Assembly: GCF_049099775.1 (NCBI RefSeq)
Contig: NZ_JAGDZM010000009.1
Location: 74,643-138,642 of the forward strand
Reading direction: 5' to 3'
DNA length: 64,000 bases
Source: Roseivirga sp.
Lineage (GTDB): Bacteria; Bacteroidota; Bacteroidia; Cytophagales; Cyclobacteriaceae
Below, piece after piece: positions 31,269 to 40,536 of this stretch. Under the pieces are notes generated by a model. That model had not been told where the DNA came from, did not search any database, and saw nothing but the letters and a program-made list of their open reading frames with translations. Each line of letters opens with the position of its first letter. The stretch's first letter is position 1. The position numbers and the translations under genes are program-made.

Positions 31269-31364
31269 TTAGCGCCTCCTATTCCTTACCCTTAATGCAA
31301 CAGCTTCCATGGCTACTTGAGGTAGCTGAATGGTTTGGAAATATGTAGAAGCGTTTGTTTGCAT
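31269..31364 (-). CDS. Putative arginine leader peptide (31 aa, MQTNASTYFQTIQLPQVAMEAVALRVRNRRR)
   Basis: Open frame from ATG 31364 to TAA 31269; 5 of the last 7 codons are Arg, none earlier; 135 nt upstream of the first arg gene, same strand. Confidence 0.75.
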   Translation of the reverse strand: MQTNASTYFQTIQLPQVAMEAVALRVRNRRR

Positions 31365-31525
31365 TTCTTTATTGAGATAACAAAGGAAGCGAAAAGTTTA
31401 GAAATGGCAAGATGATGCTAAATAATTAATCAAATAATATCTAATTTAACGATGATAAATTTGAACTATTACTATATTTAATAAACAGTGGCCCATTTGT
31501 CAACCCTCCTTAAAGAATAAACACT

Positions 31526-32506
31526 ATGAATAAAATACTTTCTATAATTACGCTGATTTGTGTATCTCAATTAACATTTGGACAAAATACATTTCCAACA
31601 ACCGGTAGTGTCGGTATTGGCACTACTTCGCCTGAAGCTAGATTACATGTTTCCGGTGGAAGTATACAGGTTGGAAACTATACACAGAATGGAATGGTTT
31701 ACCTCGGTGGGGGTAAAGCATACGCAGGAATTGGTTCAACAAGATCGGATGGAGGCCTCATTTTGGGCAAAAACATATATGCTCGATACGATAACGCTAC
31801 TTACAACTATAAGGCTCTGGTAGGCTCTACAAGCTCAAGAGGGTTCTCAGGTCTCAAATTTGGCTTAGATGGGAAAATTGACTTATTCAGTGCAAACGGT
31901 AGCGTTACTGAGGATGAGGTAGCAAATTCGGATCAAAACATAAGAATGAGTATCAATTCTCAAGGCAATGTCGGGATTGGCACTGCTTCACCTGGAACAA
32001 CTTTGGATATAAATAATGGAACTCTAAGGTTGAAAGGAAGTTCCGCGCTTGGTCAAGAAGCTGCAAGGTTCGTCGTAGATACTGGTGCATCTAGTGGTCA
32101 TACACTAATGATCTTAAGAAATACATCTAATGGTGAAATTCTAAGAGTTAATGGCGGTGGTTCAATGATTCTGAATGGAGACTTGGAATCCAAGAAAGTA
32201 AAAGTCACTCAAACCCCTGGTAACTGGCCAGACTATGTCTTCTCTCCAAACTATAAGCTCAAATCCCTCCATGAATTAGAAGCTTACATTCAATCCAACC
32301 AACATTTACCTGAAGTACCAACTGCCAAAGAGGTTGAAAAAAAAGGACAAGATTTGGGAGATATTCAGGCAACGCTTTTAAAGAAAGTAGAGGAGTTGAC
32401 GCTATACATGATAGAACAAAATAAAAAGACCAGTGCTCAAGAAGAGCGAATCAAGGCCTTAGAAAAGGAGAACCAGATTTTAAAAAAGCTGATTCAAAAG
32501 AAGTAG
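31526..32506 (+). CDS. Secreted tail-fibre-like protein with C-terminal coiled coil / chaperone-like domain
   Basis: Signal peptide; G(S/N)VGIGT(T/A)SP twice; WPDYVF...HLPEVP...[14 protein letters not shown]. Confidence 0.65.
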   Translation: MNKILSIITLICVSQLTFGQNTFPTTGSVGIGTTSPEARLHVSGGSIQVGNYTQNGMVYLGGGKAYAGIGSTRSDGGLILGKNIYARYDNATYNYKALVGSTSSRGFSGLKFGLDGKIDLFSANGSVTEDEVANSDQNIRMSINSQGNVGIGTASPGTTLDINNGTLRLKGSSALGQEAARFVVDTGASSGHTLMILRNTSNGEILRVNGGGSMILNGDLESKKVKVTQTPGNWPDYVFSPNYKLKSLHELEAYIQSNQHLPEVPTAKEVEKKGQDLGDIQATLLKKVEELTLYMIEQNKKTSAQEERIKALEKENQILKKLIQKK

Positions 32507-32511
32507 GTATG

Positions 32512-32536
32512 AAAGCCTGTCTCAGGGACAGGCTTT
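32512..32536. terminator. Bidirectional terminator
   Basis: AAAGCCTGTC/GACAGGCTTT between convergent genes. Confidence 0.8.
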
Positions 32537-32572
32537 ATTATCTAGAATAGTCTATAGTATGAGCTATTTTAA

Positions 32573-33640
32573 TCAAAAAGGATTTCTCACATACGTGGCC
32601 AGCAAGCCAATGATCTTTTGCGGCGGACAATTAAGCCCATTTGAAATAAAGGTCAATGCGATATCTGAATTAGGAAAGTAGGTAGGCTGCGCCAAAAAAC
32701 CGTCAATCTGACCTCCATGAGAAACAGCCTTCTCAGTAGTTATTGAAGGGGGTACTTCAAAGCCATTAATGCCCCTACCTCGACCTTCTTCAAAGTCAGT
32801 CATTTTTTCCAATGATGCTTTAGACATTAGCTTTCCTTGCATCAAAGCCCTTAAGAATTGATTCAATTCATCAGCTGTGGAAACAATTGCTCCCGCACCT
32901 CTAGGTAAATTCATACTTGTTGAAGGAATCTCATTCCAGCTATCTTCGTAGTAATATCCTCGGGCCGTTTTATCTAATACTCCAGGGTCGGCAGCATAAA
33001 ACGTATGGCTTAAGTTTAGCTTATCTGTGATACGTTCTGACAGGTTTTTTCCATACGAGATACCTGTGATTTTTTCGATGATGTAACTTAGTAAGATATA
33101 GTTAGTATTTGAGTACTCGTATTGACTTCCTGGTTCAAACTTACTGTCAAAGGATGCAATTTTCTTTAGTTGTTCTTCTGCCGTTAGGCCTTTCACCCGA
33201 TAACTGCCAAAATCATTGTCCTGAATCATCTCAAAAATTCCGCTTTTATGCCTCAACATTTGAGAGATTGTGATTTTGCCAGCATTCTTCAATTCAGGGT
33301 GAAAGTCACTTAGTTTGGTGTCTAGGGTTATTTTTCCTTCATCTATAAGCTGAAAGATCATTGTGGCTGTAAAAACCTTAGTGTTTGAGCCTATTTTCAT
33401 AATAGTGTTGGGTGTAAGTTTAGTACCCTTCTCCACATTGGAAAAACCAATCGCTTTACTGTACACTACCTTGCCATTCTTTGATATTGAGAGAATCCCC
33501 ATTGCCTCATCATTGGCTTCCAGCTCATCCATATACTTATCAAGTTGGGCTATAACTTCTGATTTATTCTGACTATAAAGAATTCCAGTACTAAAAGCCA
33601 ATAGAAAAAGTGAAGCCAAAAGGTGTTTAATGCTACGCAT
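32573..33640 (-). CDS. Serine hydrolase (beta-lactamase family)
   Basis: GSNTK, LRHKSG, YSNTNY, SHGG. Confidence 0.88.
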   Translation of the reverse strand: MRSIKHLLASLFLLAFSTGILYSQNKSEVIAQLDKYMDELEANDEAMGILSISKNGKVVYSKAIGFSNVEKGTKLTPNTIMKIGSNTKVFTATMIFQLIDEGKITLDTKLSDFHPELKNAGKITISQMLRHKSGIFEMIQDNDFGSYRVKGLTAEEQLKKIASFDSKFEPGSQYEYSNTNYILLSYIIEKITGISYGKNLSERITDKLNLSHTFYAADPGVLDKTARGYYYEDSWNEIPSTSMNLPRGAGAIVSTADELNQFLRALMQGKLMSKASLEKMTDFEEGRGRGINGFEVPPSITTEKAVSHGGQIDGFLAQPTYFPNSDIALTFISNGLNCPPQKIIGLLATYVRNPF

Positions 33641-33747
33641 ATGCTTGTTTTTTTGTTTAAAACTTGGTTATGAACCCATCTGGAAGAGTAGTCAAAAGAC
33701 CTACAATACCATATAGGAATTAATTATGGAAACATTAGGAAGGCACT

Positions 33748-34149
33748 CTACTTATTTGGTTGCAATGATGTCAATACAACCGAAACGCCCTTGTTAACAA
33801 GAAATATGAAGCAGCCTAGTACGGTAGACAGTATTGTGAATTTCAATCCCATAGCCAATTGGTTAACAGAAGCTTCTATATCAGAACTGAATTGGTCTAA
33901 TACTTCAACCAATCCAAGCAGCTGACCAAAAATTCCATAGACCAATGCAAACAGGCCCAAAGAGTTCAGCAGTTTTATACTTTTATCCGAATACTCCTTA
34001 CCCTTTTTAACTTGGATAAAACTCCTGACAGAAAGCAGCAAACATACCGCAAATATCAATAGCAAGGGTATCATAATGAATGGTCCTCCCTCATTTACCT
34101 TATCTAAGACAAAAGACTTAACCGTAAGTTGTTGTAAAATAAACACCAC
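33748..34149 (-). CDS. MotA/TolQ/ExbB-like small membrane protein
   Basis: EGGPFIM, GIFGQLLGL; 3 TM segments. Confidence 0.6.
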   Translation of the reverse strand: MVFILQQLTVKSFVLDKVNEGGPFIMIPLLLIFAVCLLLSVRSFIQVKKGKEYSDKSIKLLNSLGLFALVYGIFGQLLGLVEVLDQFSSDIEASVNQLAMGLKFTILSTVLGCFIFLVNKGVSVVLTSLQPNK

Positions 34150-34368
34150 TACAAAATAGGTAACTTTCCTAATTGTTATCCTGATACGATGATAAAAGAA
34201 GATATCTGATTAAACAGAAATATGCGACCTATTGAAGGTCAAGTAAGACGTTTGACCAGTTTTACCCGGTTGATCGAACAGTGTGAAAACTTATGTTAAA
34301 GGCCTACACAAATCGGTAATTCGTCGCATAAACATTGCCTTTAAAAAGAAAGATTGTTTATTCGAGTC

Positions 34369-35430
34369 ATGATCATTACCAGAAAGACAGTTTTGGAAAA
34401 AACCATGGAATCTGGAATCCACCTTCTTTTCTGGTTATCCGTATTTCTATTCTACCTATATGTTTTCGGGTTTAATAATAGTAACATGAAGATTAACATA
34501 GCATTTTCTTCATTCTTGATGCCAATCACAATTGCCTCTTGTTATGTAATGGTATACTATTTAATCCCTAAATACCTCTTGCTCAAAAAGTATTCTAGTT
34601 TCTTGTTATATGGGTTGTATACTTTCATACTCACAGCCTTTGCAGTTGTACTATCCGTTTTTTATGCCCTCATTTTCATCCTAGACTTAAAAATAGTAGA
34701 GCTACCCATCGCTAGGAGTTTTCCATTTATTCTTATTGCTGTTTACTTGATCATATTTCTGGCCAGTGGAATAACACTATTAAGACATTACTATGGTTCT
34801 AAAACGAATAATGACAAGCTTTTAACTAAGGTTCTAGAAACTCAGCTAAAGCTAAAAGAGCAAGAGTTGAAATACCTCAAAATGCAGATTCACCCTCATT
34901 TTCTCTTTAACACATTAAATACGCTTTATGGTTTTGCCTTGTCCAAGGCGGAAGAAACTCCAGATTTGATTCTGAAGCTTTCCAATTTATTGGACTATCT
35001 ACTCTATCAAGTGGATAAACCTATGGTGGATTTGTCGAGCGAAATGAACCATATTCAAGACTACATTGATTTAGAAAAAACAAGGTTTAGCGATAGCCTA
35101 GACATACGAATGAAACTGGAAGATTTTCCGGCCGAACTTCAAGTGGCACCTATGCTTTTTATTCCCTTTGTCGAAAACAGTTTTAAGCATGGCGGATCTA
35201 CGGAAGGCAAACTGCAAATTGATATTAATGTGAAAGCAGAATTGGGCAAGGTAAATTTCTCAATTTCAAATACGTTGAGAGAAAGCCTTCCTTTTGAAAA
35301 GGGAGAGGGAATTGGCCTTGAAAACATTAAAAAAAGACTATCCATGCTCTATGCCGATAGGCACGAGCTTCGGATAGAAAAAACACCCAACAGGTTTAAT
35401 GTCGAACTGATAATTGACACAAATGGCTGA
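34369..35430 (+). CDS. LytS-type membrane histidine kinase
   Basis: LKMQIHPHFLFNTLN, PFVENSFKHG, GIGLENI; start taken at MIITR. Confidence 0.92.
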   Translation: MIITRKTVLEKTMESGIHLLFWLSVFLFYLYVFGFNNSNMKINIAFSSFLMPITIASCYVMVYYLIPKYLLLKKYSSFLLYGLYTFILTAFAVVLSVFYALIFILDLKIVELPIARSFPFILIAVYLIIFLASGITLLRHYYGSKTNNDKLLTKVLETQLKLKEQELKYLKMQIHPHFLFNTLNTLYGFALSKAEETPDLILKLSNLLDYLLYQVDKPMVDLSSEMNHIQDYIDLEKTRFSDSLDIRMKLEDFPAELQVAPMLFIPFVENSFKHGGSTEGKLQIDINVKAELGKVNFSISNTLRESLPFEKGEGIGLENIKKRLSMLYADRHELRIEKTPNRFNVELIIDTNG

Positions 35431-36145
35431 TAAAAAAGCAATTGTAAATTGTCTTGTCGTAGATGATGAGAAAGTGGCGAGGGATATTATTTGTAATCAT
35501 CTTGCACAAATCGCAAGTATCAAATTAGCAGGCAGTTGTAGCAGCGCGCTTGAGGCATTTCACGTCATTCATGAACAATCCATTGATCTTGTCTTTCTCG
35601 ACATCAACATGCCTGAGCTATCTGGCTTATCCTTTGCAAAATCTTTGAATAAAGACATAAAGGTGGTTTTCACAACTGCCTATAGGGAATATGCCTTGGA
35701 AGGTTTTGAGCTTCATGCCCTTGATTACCTGATGAAACCTATTTCATTCGAGCGCATATTCAAAGCCGTCAATCGCTACTTTGAGATTTTCATCCAACCG
35801 AAGGAAATTCAAGTGCCCGAAAAGGCTCCAGAAATTAGAAAGTCTTTCTTCGTAAAAGTTGAGCGAAAAATGGTGAAAATCGTGATTAACGAAGTATCAC
35901 ATATCGAAAGCCTTAAAGATTATCTGAAAATACATACTTCAGACGGAACGATAGTAACCCGAGAAACGATCAGCAATATCGAGGCGAGGTTACCTAAATC
36001 TAATTTTCTGAGAATTCATCGCTCTTACATCGTCGCCATCAATCACATCATTTCATACACACAAGAGTATGTGGAGTTAGATGGTACAACCCTACCCATT
36101 AGCCGTAGCTATAAGGCGGAATTAAATAAGCGACTAAAAGGTTAA
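35423..36145 (+). CDS. LytTR response regulator
   Basis: VVDDE, FLDINMP, FTTAY, DYLMKP, FLRIHRSYIV. Confidence 0.93.
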   Translation: MADKKAIVNCLVVDDEKVARDIICNHLAQIASIKLAGSCSSALEAFHVIHEQSIDLVFLDINMPELSGLSFAKSLNKDIKVVFTTAYREYALEGFELHALDYLMKPISFERIFKAVNRYFEIFIQPKEIQVPEKAPEIRKSFFVKVERKMVKIVINEVSHIESLKDYLKIHTSDGTIVTRETISNIEARLPKSNFLRIHRSYIVAINHIISYTQEYVELDGTTLPISRSYKAELNKRLKG

Positions 36146-36147
36146 AA

Positions 36148-37254
36148 TCACCCTCCAATCCACTCAGCTACAAAAAGGTTGGTGTCTCTTCCACCACCGT
36201 TATTTCGGTTAGAAGAGAATACTATGTGCTTACCATCATTTGAGAATACTGGGAAGGCATCGAACGTTTCGTCTCTTGTGATACGCGTTAATCCTGTACC
36301 ATCAACATTGATCATGTAGAGGTTAAAAGGGAAACCACGTGTAGCTGTATGGTTCGACGCAAAAATGATTTTTTCTCCTGAAGGGTGGAAGAATGGCGCC
36401 CAGTTTGCCTGCCCTAAGTCTGTCAATTTTCGCAAATCAGAGCCATCCGCATTGCAAATGTAGAGTTCCATGTCCGTTGGCATTACAAGTCCTTCCTTTA
36501 ACAGGTCTTGGTAAATCTTAATATCTTCTTCAGTCTTTGGTCTTGATGATCTGAAAATAAGTTTTGAACCATCAGGAGAGAAAAATGCTCCACCGTCATA
36601 TCCTAACTCATTAGTAATTTGCTTTACATCAGAACCATCAACATTCATAGTAAAGAGTTCTAAATCTCCCGTTCTCATAGAAGTAAACACAATCTTATCA
36701 CCTTGCGGAGAAACTGTAGCTTCAGCGTCATAGCCTTCATTTGTGGTTAACTGATTCAAAATATTACCCTCTAGATCTGCGGTAAAAATGTCATAATCAG
36801 GGTATATAGGCCATACGTATTTTCCATCTTCGCGACGTTCAGGTACAACTGGACAATTCTTATCTCCCAAATGAGTAGAACCGTAGACTATGGTTTTGTT
36901 ATCTGCCAAGAAGTAAGAACAAGTTGTTCTTCCCATTCCGGTACTCACCATTTGAGGTTTGTTATTCTTCAAATCATCGTTTCGCCAATCAGTAATGAAC
37001 ATCTGATCGCAACCCACACCCCATTCAGCATAATCGGACTGAAATACTAAATGCGTATCATCAAAACTCCAATAAGCTTCGGCATTGTTACCACCAAACG
37101 TAAGTTGCTTTATATTCTTGAGGTACTTCATTTCTTCAGGATGAAGCAATAAAGAATCTTGTTCAGATCTCGGTTCAGCAGTTTTAGTCTCGTCACTTTT
37201 TTGTGCCCCACATCCAAAAACTAAAAGGATTAATAAAACAGAAATATATCGCAT
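36148..37254 (-). CDS. TolB-like / PD40 beta-propeller lipoprotein
   Basis: Lipobox VFGC; repeated NAEAYWS, YDAEATVSP, YDGGAFFSP, WAPFFHP, DAFPVFS. Confidence 0.85.
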   Translation of the reverse strand: MRYISVLLILLVFGCGAQKSDETKTAEPRSEQDSLLLHPEEMKYLKNIKQLTFGGNNAEAYWSFDDTHLVFQSDYAEWGVGCDQMFITDWRNDDLKNNKPQMVSTGMGRTTCSYFLADNKTIVYGSTHLGDKNCPVVPERREDGKYVWPIYPDYDIFTADLEGNILNQLTTNEGYDAEATVSPQGDKIVFTSMRTGDLELFTMNVDGSDVKQITNELGYDGGAFFSPDGSKLIFRSSRPKTEEDIKIYQDLLKEGLVMPTDMELYICNADGSDLRKLTDLGQANWAPFFHPSGEKIIFASNHTATRGFPFNLYMINVDGTGLTRITRDETFDAFPVFSNDGKHIVFSSNRNNGGGRDTNLFVAEWIGG

Positions 37255-37322
37255 GGAATTAATGATTCGTTCAATAATGGCGCGAAGATAATCATTATTA
37301 TCTTTGTGCTAAAGTTTCAATT

Positions 37323-38567
37323 ATGAAGAATCTAGTTCCTTTTCTAATAGTCGTTTGCATTGCTTTTTTTACGGTATCGTGTACCGATTTTACAACAGAT
37401 AGAGAGATAAAGGCAGGGCTTACTAAAGACATTAACTTCCTTGCCGATGATGCCCTTGAAGGTAGAGCGATAGGTACTGCTGGAGAGGTTAAGGCAGCAA
37501 ACTATATTGCCAATGCTTTCAAAGAAATTGGTTTAGACCCCAAAGGAACTGAAGGCTACCTACAGCCATTTAAAGTCAAAAAAGCTACTAGCCCTCATGA
37601 ACAAGCTGTAATTGGATCTAATGGTGAAGGAGTAACTGGTCATAATGTCGCTGGCTTTGTTGATAATGATGCGGCTTACACAATCGTAATTGGCGCTCAC
37701 TTCGATCATTTAGGATATGGCGAGGAAGGTTCACTTTTCCGTGGTGAGCCTGAAATTCACAATGGTGCTGATGACAATGCCAGCGGAACGGCAGCAGTCA
37801 TACAACTCGCTAGAATTTTAAAAGAGACAAAGAGTGATTACAATTTCCTGTTCTTAGCATTTTCAGGTGAAGAGAATGGCCTTTGGGGATCGAACTACTT
37901 CTCTAAAAACTCAACGGTTAGTTTAGATAGTGTAAACTTTATGATCAATATGGATATGGTTGGTCGTATGAACGAAGAAAAGACGTTGGCCATAAACGGT
38001 GTTGGAACTAGCCCGATATGGAATGAAGTGTTAGAAGTAGTTAATACTGATAGCTTGAAATTAGTGACCTCGGAATCAGGAGTGGGACCTTCGGATCATA
38101 CTTCTTTCTATTTACAAGACCTCCCAGTACTTCATTTCTTTACAGGACAACATGAAGACTATCATAAGCCGTCTGATGATGCTGACAAAATTAACTATGA
38201 GGGTCTAACTTACGTGATTCGCTATATCGAAAGGCTCATAGATAAGGTAGATGAAAATGAAAAACTTGCCTTCACCAAAACACAAGACAGTTCAGGTGAT
38301 TCACCTCGATTTACAGTTTCTTTGGGTGTCGTTCCAGATTACCTTTACGATGGTTCTGGTATGAGAATAGATGGTGTTACTGATGGAAAACCAGCGGCCG
38401 ATGCCGGTATGAAAAAAGGTGATATCGTCATTAAACTAGGAGATTCAACCATTGTAGATATGATGAGTTACATGCGTGCATTAAGCGGATTTAAGTCTGG
38501 TGAGCAAACAGTTGTAGAATACAAAAGAGGTGAAGAATTGAAAGCCGCAGAAATTAAGTTTAAATGA
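37323..38567 (+). CDS. M28 family aminopeptidase with C-terminal PDZ domain
   Basis: GAHFDHLG, GADDNASG, FSGEE, NMDMVG, SDH, YHKPSD; LGVVPD PDZ. Confidence 0.92.
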   Translation: MKNLVPFLIVVCIAFFTVSCTDFTTDREIKAGLTKDINFLADDALEGRAIGTAGEVKAANYIANAFKEIGLDPKGTEGYLQPFKVKKATSPHEQAVIGSNGEGVTGHNVAGFVDNDAAYTIVIGAHFDHLGYGEEGSLFRGEPEIHNGADDNASGTAAVIQLARILKETKSDYNFLFLAFSGEENGLWGSNYFSKNSTVSLDSVNFMINMDMVGRMNEEKTLAINGVGTSPIWNEVLEVVNTDSLKLVTSESGVGPSDHTSFYLQDLPVLHFFTGQHEDYHKPSDDADKINYEGLTYVIRYIERLIDKVDENEKLAFTKTQDSSGDSPRFTVSLGVVPDYLYDGSGMRIDGVTDGKPAADAGMKKGDIVIKLGDSTIVDMMSYMRALSGFKSGEQTVVEYKRGEELKAAEIKFK

Positions 38568-38878
38568 TCTTTATACGCACCTTACTCTTATTCTTAAAGG
38601 ATCGTGAATATCGAGGCCTGTTAATGGCCTCTGCTTTTATTGTGAGTGTAGGTACCGTTGTTTATCACTATGTGGAAGGCTGGAACTGGCTCGACTCACT
38701 GTACTTCTCGGTAATAGCCTTAACAACCATTGGTTTTGGAGATTTTGCCCCTCAAACAGATCTTGGTAAAGCCTTTACCATCGTTTATATCATTATAGGG
38801 GTCGGATTAATCTTAGCATTTATCAATACCGTCTATCTTCATTTTAGTCGTTTCCGCTCCAATAACGGCGATAAATAA
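38564..38878 (+). CDS. Two-TM potassium channel subunit
   Basis: DSLYFSVIALTTIGFGDFAP pore helix and filter. Confidence 0.88.
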   Translation: MIFIRTLLLFLKDREYRGLLMASAFIVSVGTVVYHYVEGWNWLDSLYFSVIALTTIGFGDFAPQTDLGKAFTIVYIIIGVGLILAFINTVYLHFSRFRSNNGDK

Positions 38879-38917
38879 AATTTCTGAATTCTTTTTTCAA
38901 TTCATTGAACTCTTTTT

Positions 38918-38967
38918 TAGAATGAACGTTCTATTATGGAAATCATAATTCTGGAACAATCATTCTA
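38918..38967. promoter_or_regulatory. Two candidate TetR operators
   Basis: TAGAATGAACGTTCTA (38918-38933) and the reverse complement of 38952-38967 (TAGAATGATTGTTCCA). Confidence 0.7.
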
Positions 38968-38979
38968 ATAAATAAAATA

Positions 38980-39732
38980 ATGACAAAATTAAACAACAAA
39001 GTAGCTGTAATTACTGGCGGAAGTACTGGTATTGGACTGGCAACAGCCAAGACATTCTTATCTGAAGGAGCAAAAGTTATAATCACGGGTAGAACCCAAG
39101 AAACACTTGATGCTGCAGTTGCTGAAATCAACAGCGACAACCTGACTGCTATTCAATCTGATACTTCGAAGCTAGATGAAATAGATGCACTTGCTGCCAC
39201 AATAAAAGCACAATTCGGTACTATAGATATCTTATTCGCCAATGCTGGTATCGCTTGGTTCGCTCCTATTGATCAAGTGGATGAAGCTTTCTTCGATGCA
39301 CACTTTAATACTAACGTAAAAGGACTCTTTTTTACGATTCAAAAACTACTCCCAATCTTTAATGATGGTGGTTCTATTGTATTAAACGCCTCTGCAGTTG
39401 TGCATAAAGGCTTTGAAAACGGAAGTGTTTATTCGGCAACAAAAGGTGCAGTAAGAAATCTTGCAAGAACAATTTCTACTGATTTAGCGCCAAGAAACAT
39501 TCGGGTAAACGTAGTAAGCCCAGGCCCGATTGAAACACCAATCTATGGTAAAATGGGTATGAGCGAAGAGCAATTGGCGGGTATGGCTGAAGGCTTTGCG
39601 GCAATGGTTCCTATGAAAAGATTTGGTGCTTCTGATGAAGTAGCTAAAGCGGTTCTTTTCTTAGCTTCTGATGATTCTTCTTACGTGTTAGGAGAAGAGA
39701 TTCTTGTGGACGGCGGGATTGCAACGATCTAA
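38980..39732 (+). CDS. Short-chain dehydrogenase/reductase
   Basis: TGGSTGIG, ANAG, YSATK, VSPGPIET. Confidence 0.93.
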   Translation: MTKLNNKVAVITGGSTGIGLATAKTFLSEGAKVIITGRTQETLDAAVAEINSDNLTAIQSDTSKLDEIDALAATIKAQFGTIDILFANAGIAWFAPIDQVDEAFFDAHFNTNVKGLFFTIQKLLPIFNDGGSIVLNASAVVHKGFENGSVYSATKGAVRNLARTISTDLAPRNIRVNVVSPGPIETPIYGKMGMSEEQLAGMAEGFAAMVPMKRFGASDEVAKAVLFLASDDSSYVLGEEILVDGGIATI

Positions 39733-39826
39733 GTTGCTAATTCTGGAACGTTCAGTTAAATTTAAATGAAAAGGTGGCCTTAGCGCTTAAATAGTGCTAA
39801 GTCGCCTTTCAAATAATAGTTAGGTT

Positions 39827-40408
39827 ATGGCTAGGACTAAAAATTTTGTTGAAAGTGAAGTGCTTGACAGCGCATTGAATTTATTTTGGCAAAAAGGATA
39901 CCACGCCACTTCTATTCAAGACCTTGTAAACCATCTGGGGATTAATCGCGCAAGTATCTATGATACTTGGGGCGACAAACACGGCCTATATCTTGAAACC
40001 CTTAAACAATACCGGAGACATTCATCCGGAAAGTTTCTAGAAAAATTAAGATCAGAAAAAACGGCAAAAGAAATCATCAAAGACTTCTTGGCAGACATTG
40101 TTCAAGACTCTTCTGAAGATGATTTGAAAAAAGGTTGTTACCTATCTAACTCCGCAACCGAGTTGGCCTATTGTGATGAAAAAGTAAATACAATGTTTAC
40201 TGACAATCGCATTAAAATGGAGGGTGTGTTAAACGAGTTGATCAAAGAAGGTCAGGAAGCAGGTGAGTTTTCTAGCAAGCACACCAGCGAATCTTATGCA
40301 CGTTTTATTTTCAACACCGCCGGAGGCCTTCGACTGTTAGCCAAGGGAGAAATTTCTAAGCAAGAAATGGCGGAAGTGGTAGAAGTGGCTATTTCTGCCT
40401 TGCACTGA
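39827..40408 (+). CDS. TetR/AcrR family regulator (NemR/ComR-like)
   Basis: FWQKGYHATS, LGINRASIYDTWGDK, GCYLSN. Confidence 0.92.
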   Translation: MARTKNFVESEVLDSALNLFWQKGYHATSIQDLVNHLGINRASIYDTWGDKHGLYLETLKQYRRHSSGKFLEKLRSEKTAKEIIKDFLADIVQDSSEDDLKKGCYLSNSATELAYCDEKVNTMFTDNRIKMEGVLNELIKEGQEAGEFSSKHTSESYARFIFNTAGGLRLLAKGEISKQEMAEVVEVAISALH

Positions 40409-40536
40409 TATAAATCTGTGCCAATTACTTCCTTTAAGTTTTGTGCTTTATTGGGCATCAATCCGAAAACCTTCTATTCTTTAGGAACCAATTCTTTACT
40501 TTTTGCTTTATTAGAAGAACGAAATAATCAAGTATT

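Noticed and set aside
31526-32506. Prophage
   Set aside because: Single fibre-like gene with a signal peptide; no integrase, capsid, terminase or lysis genes nearby
34200-34330. GACC/GGTC-containing repeats as LytTR binding sites
   Set aside because: Spacings (about 18 and 27 bp) do not match the 21-22-bp direct-repeat period typical of LytTR sites, and sequence identity is weak
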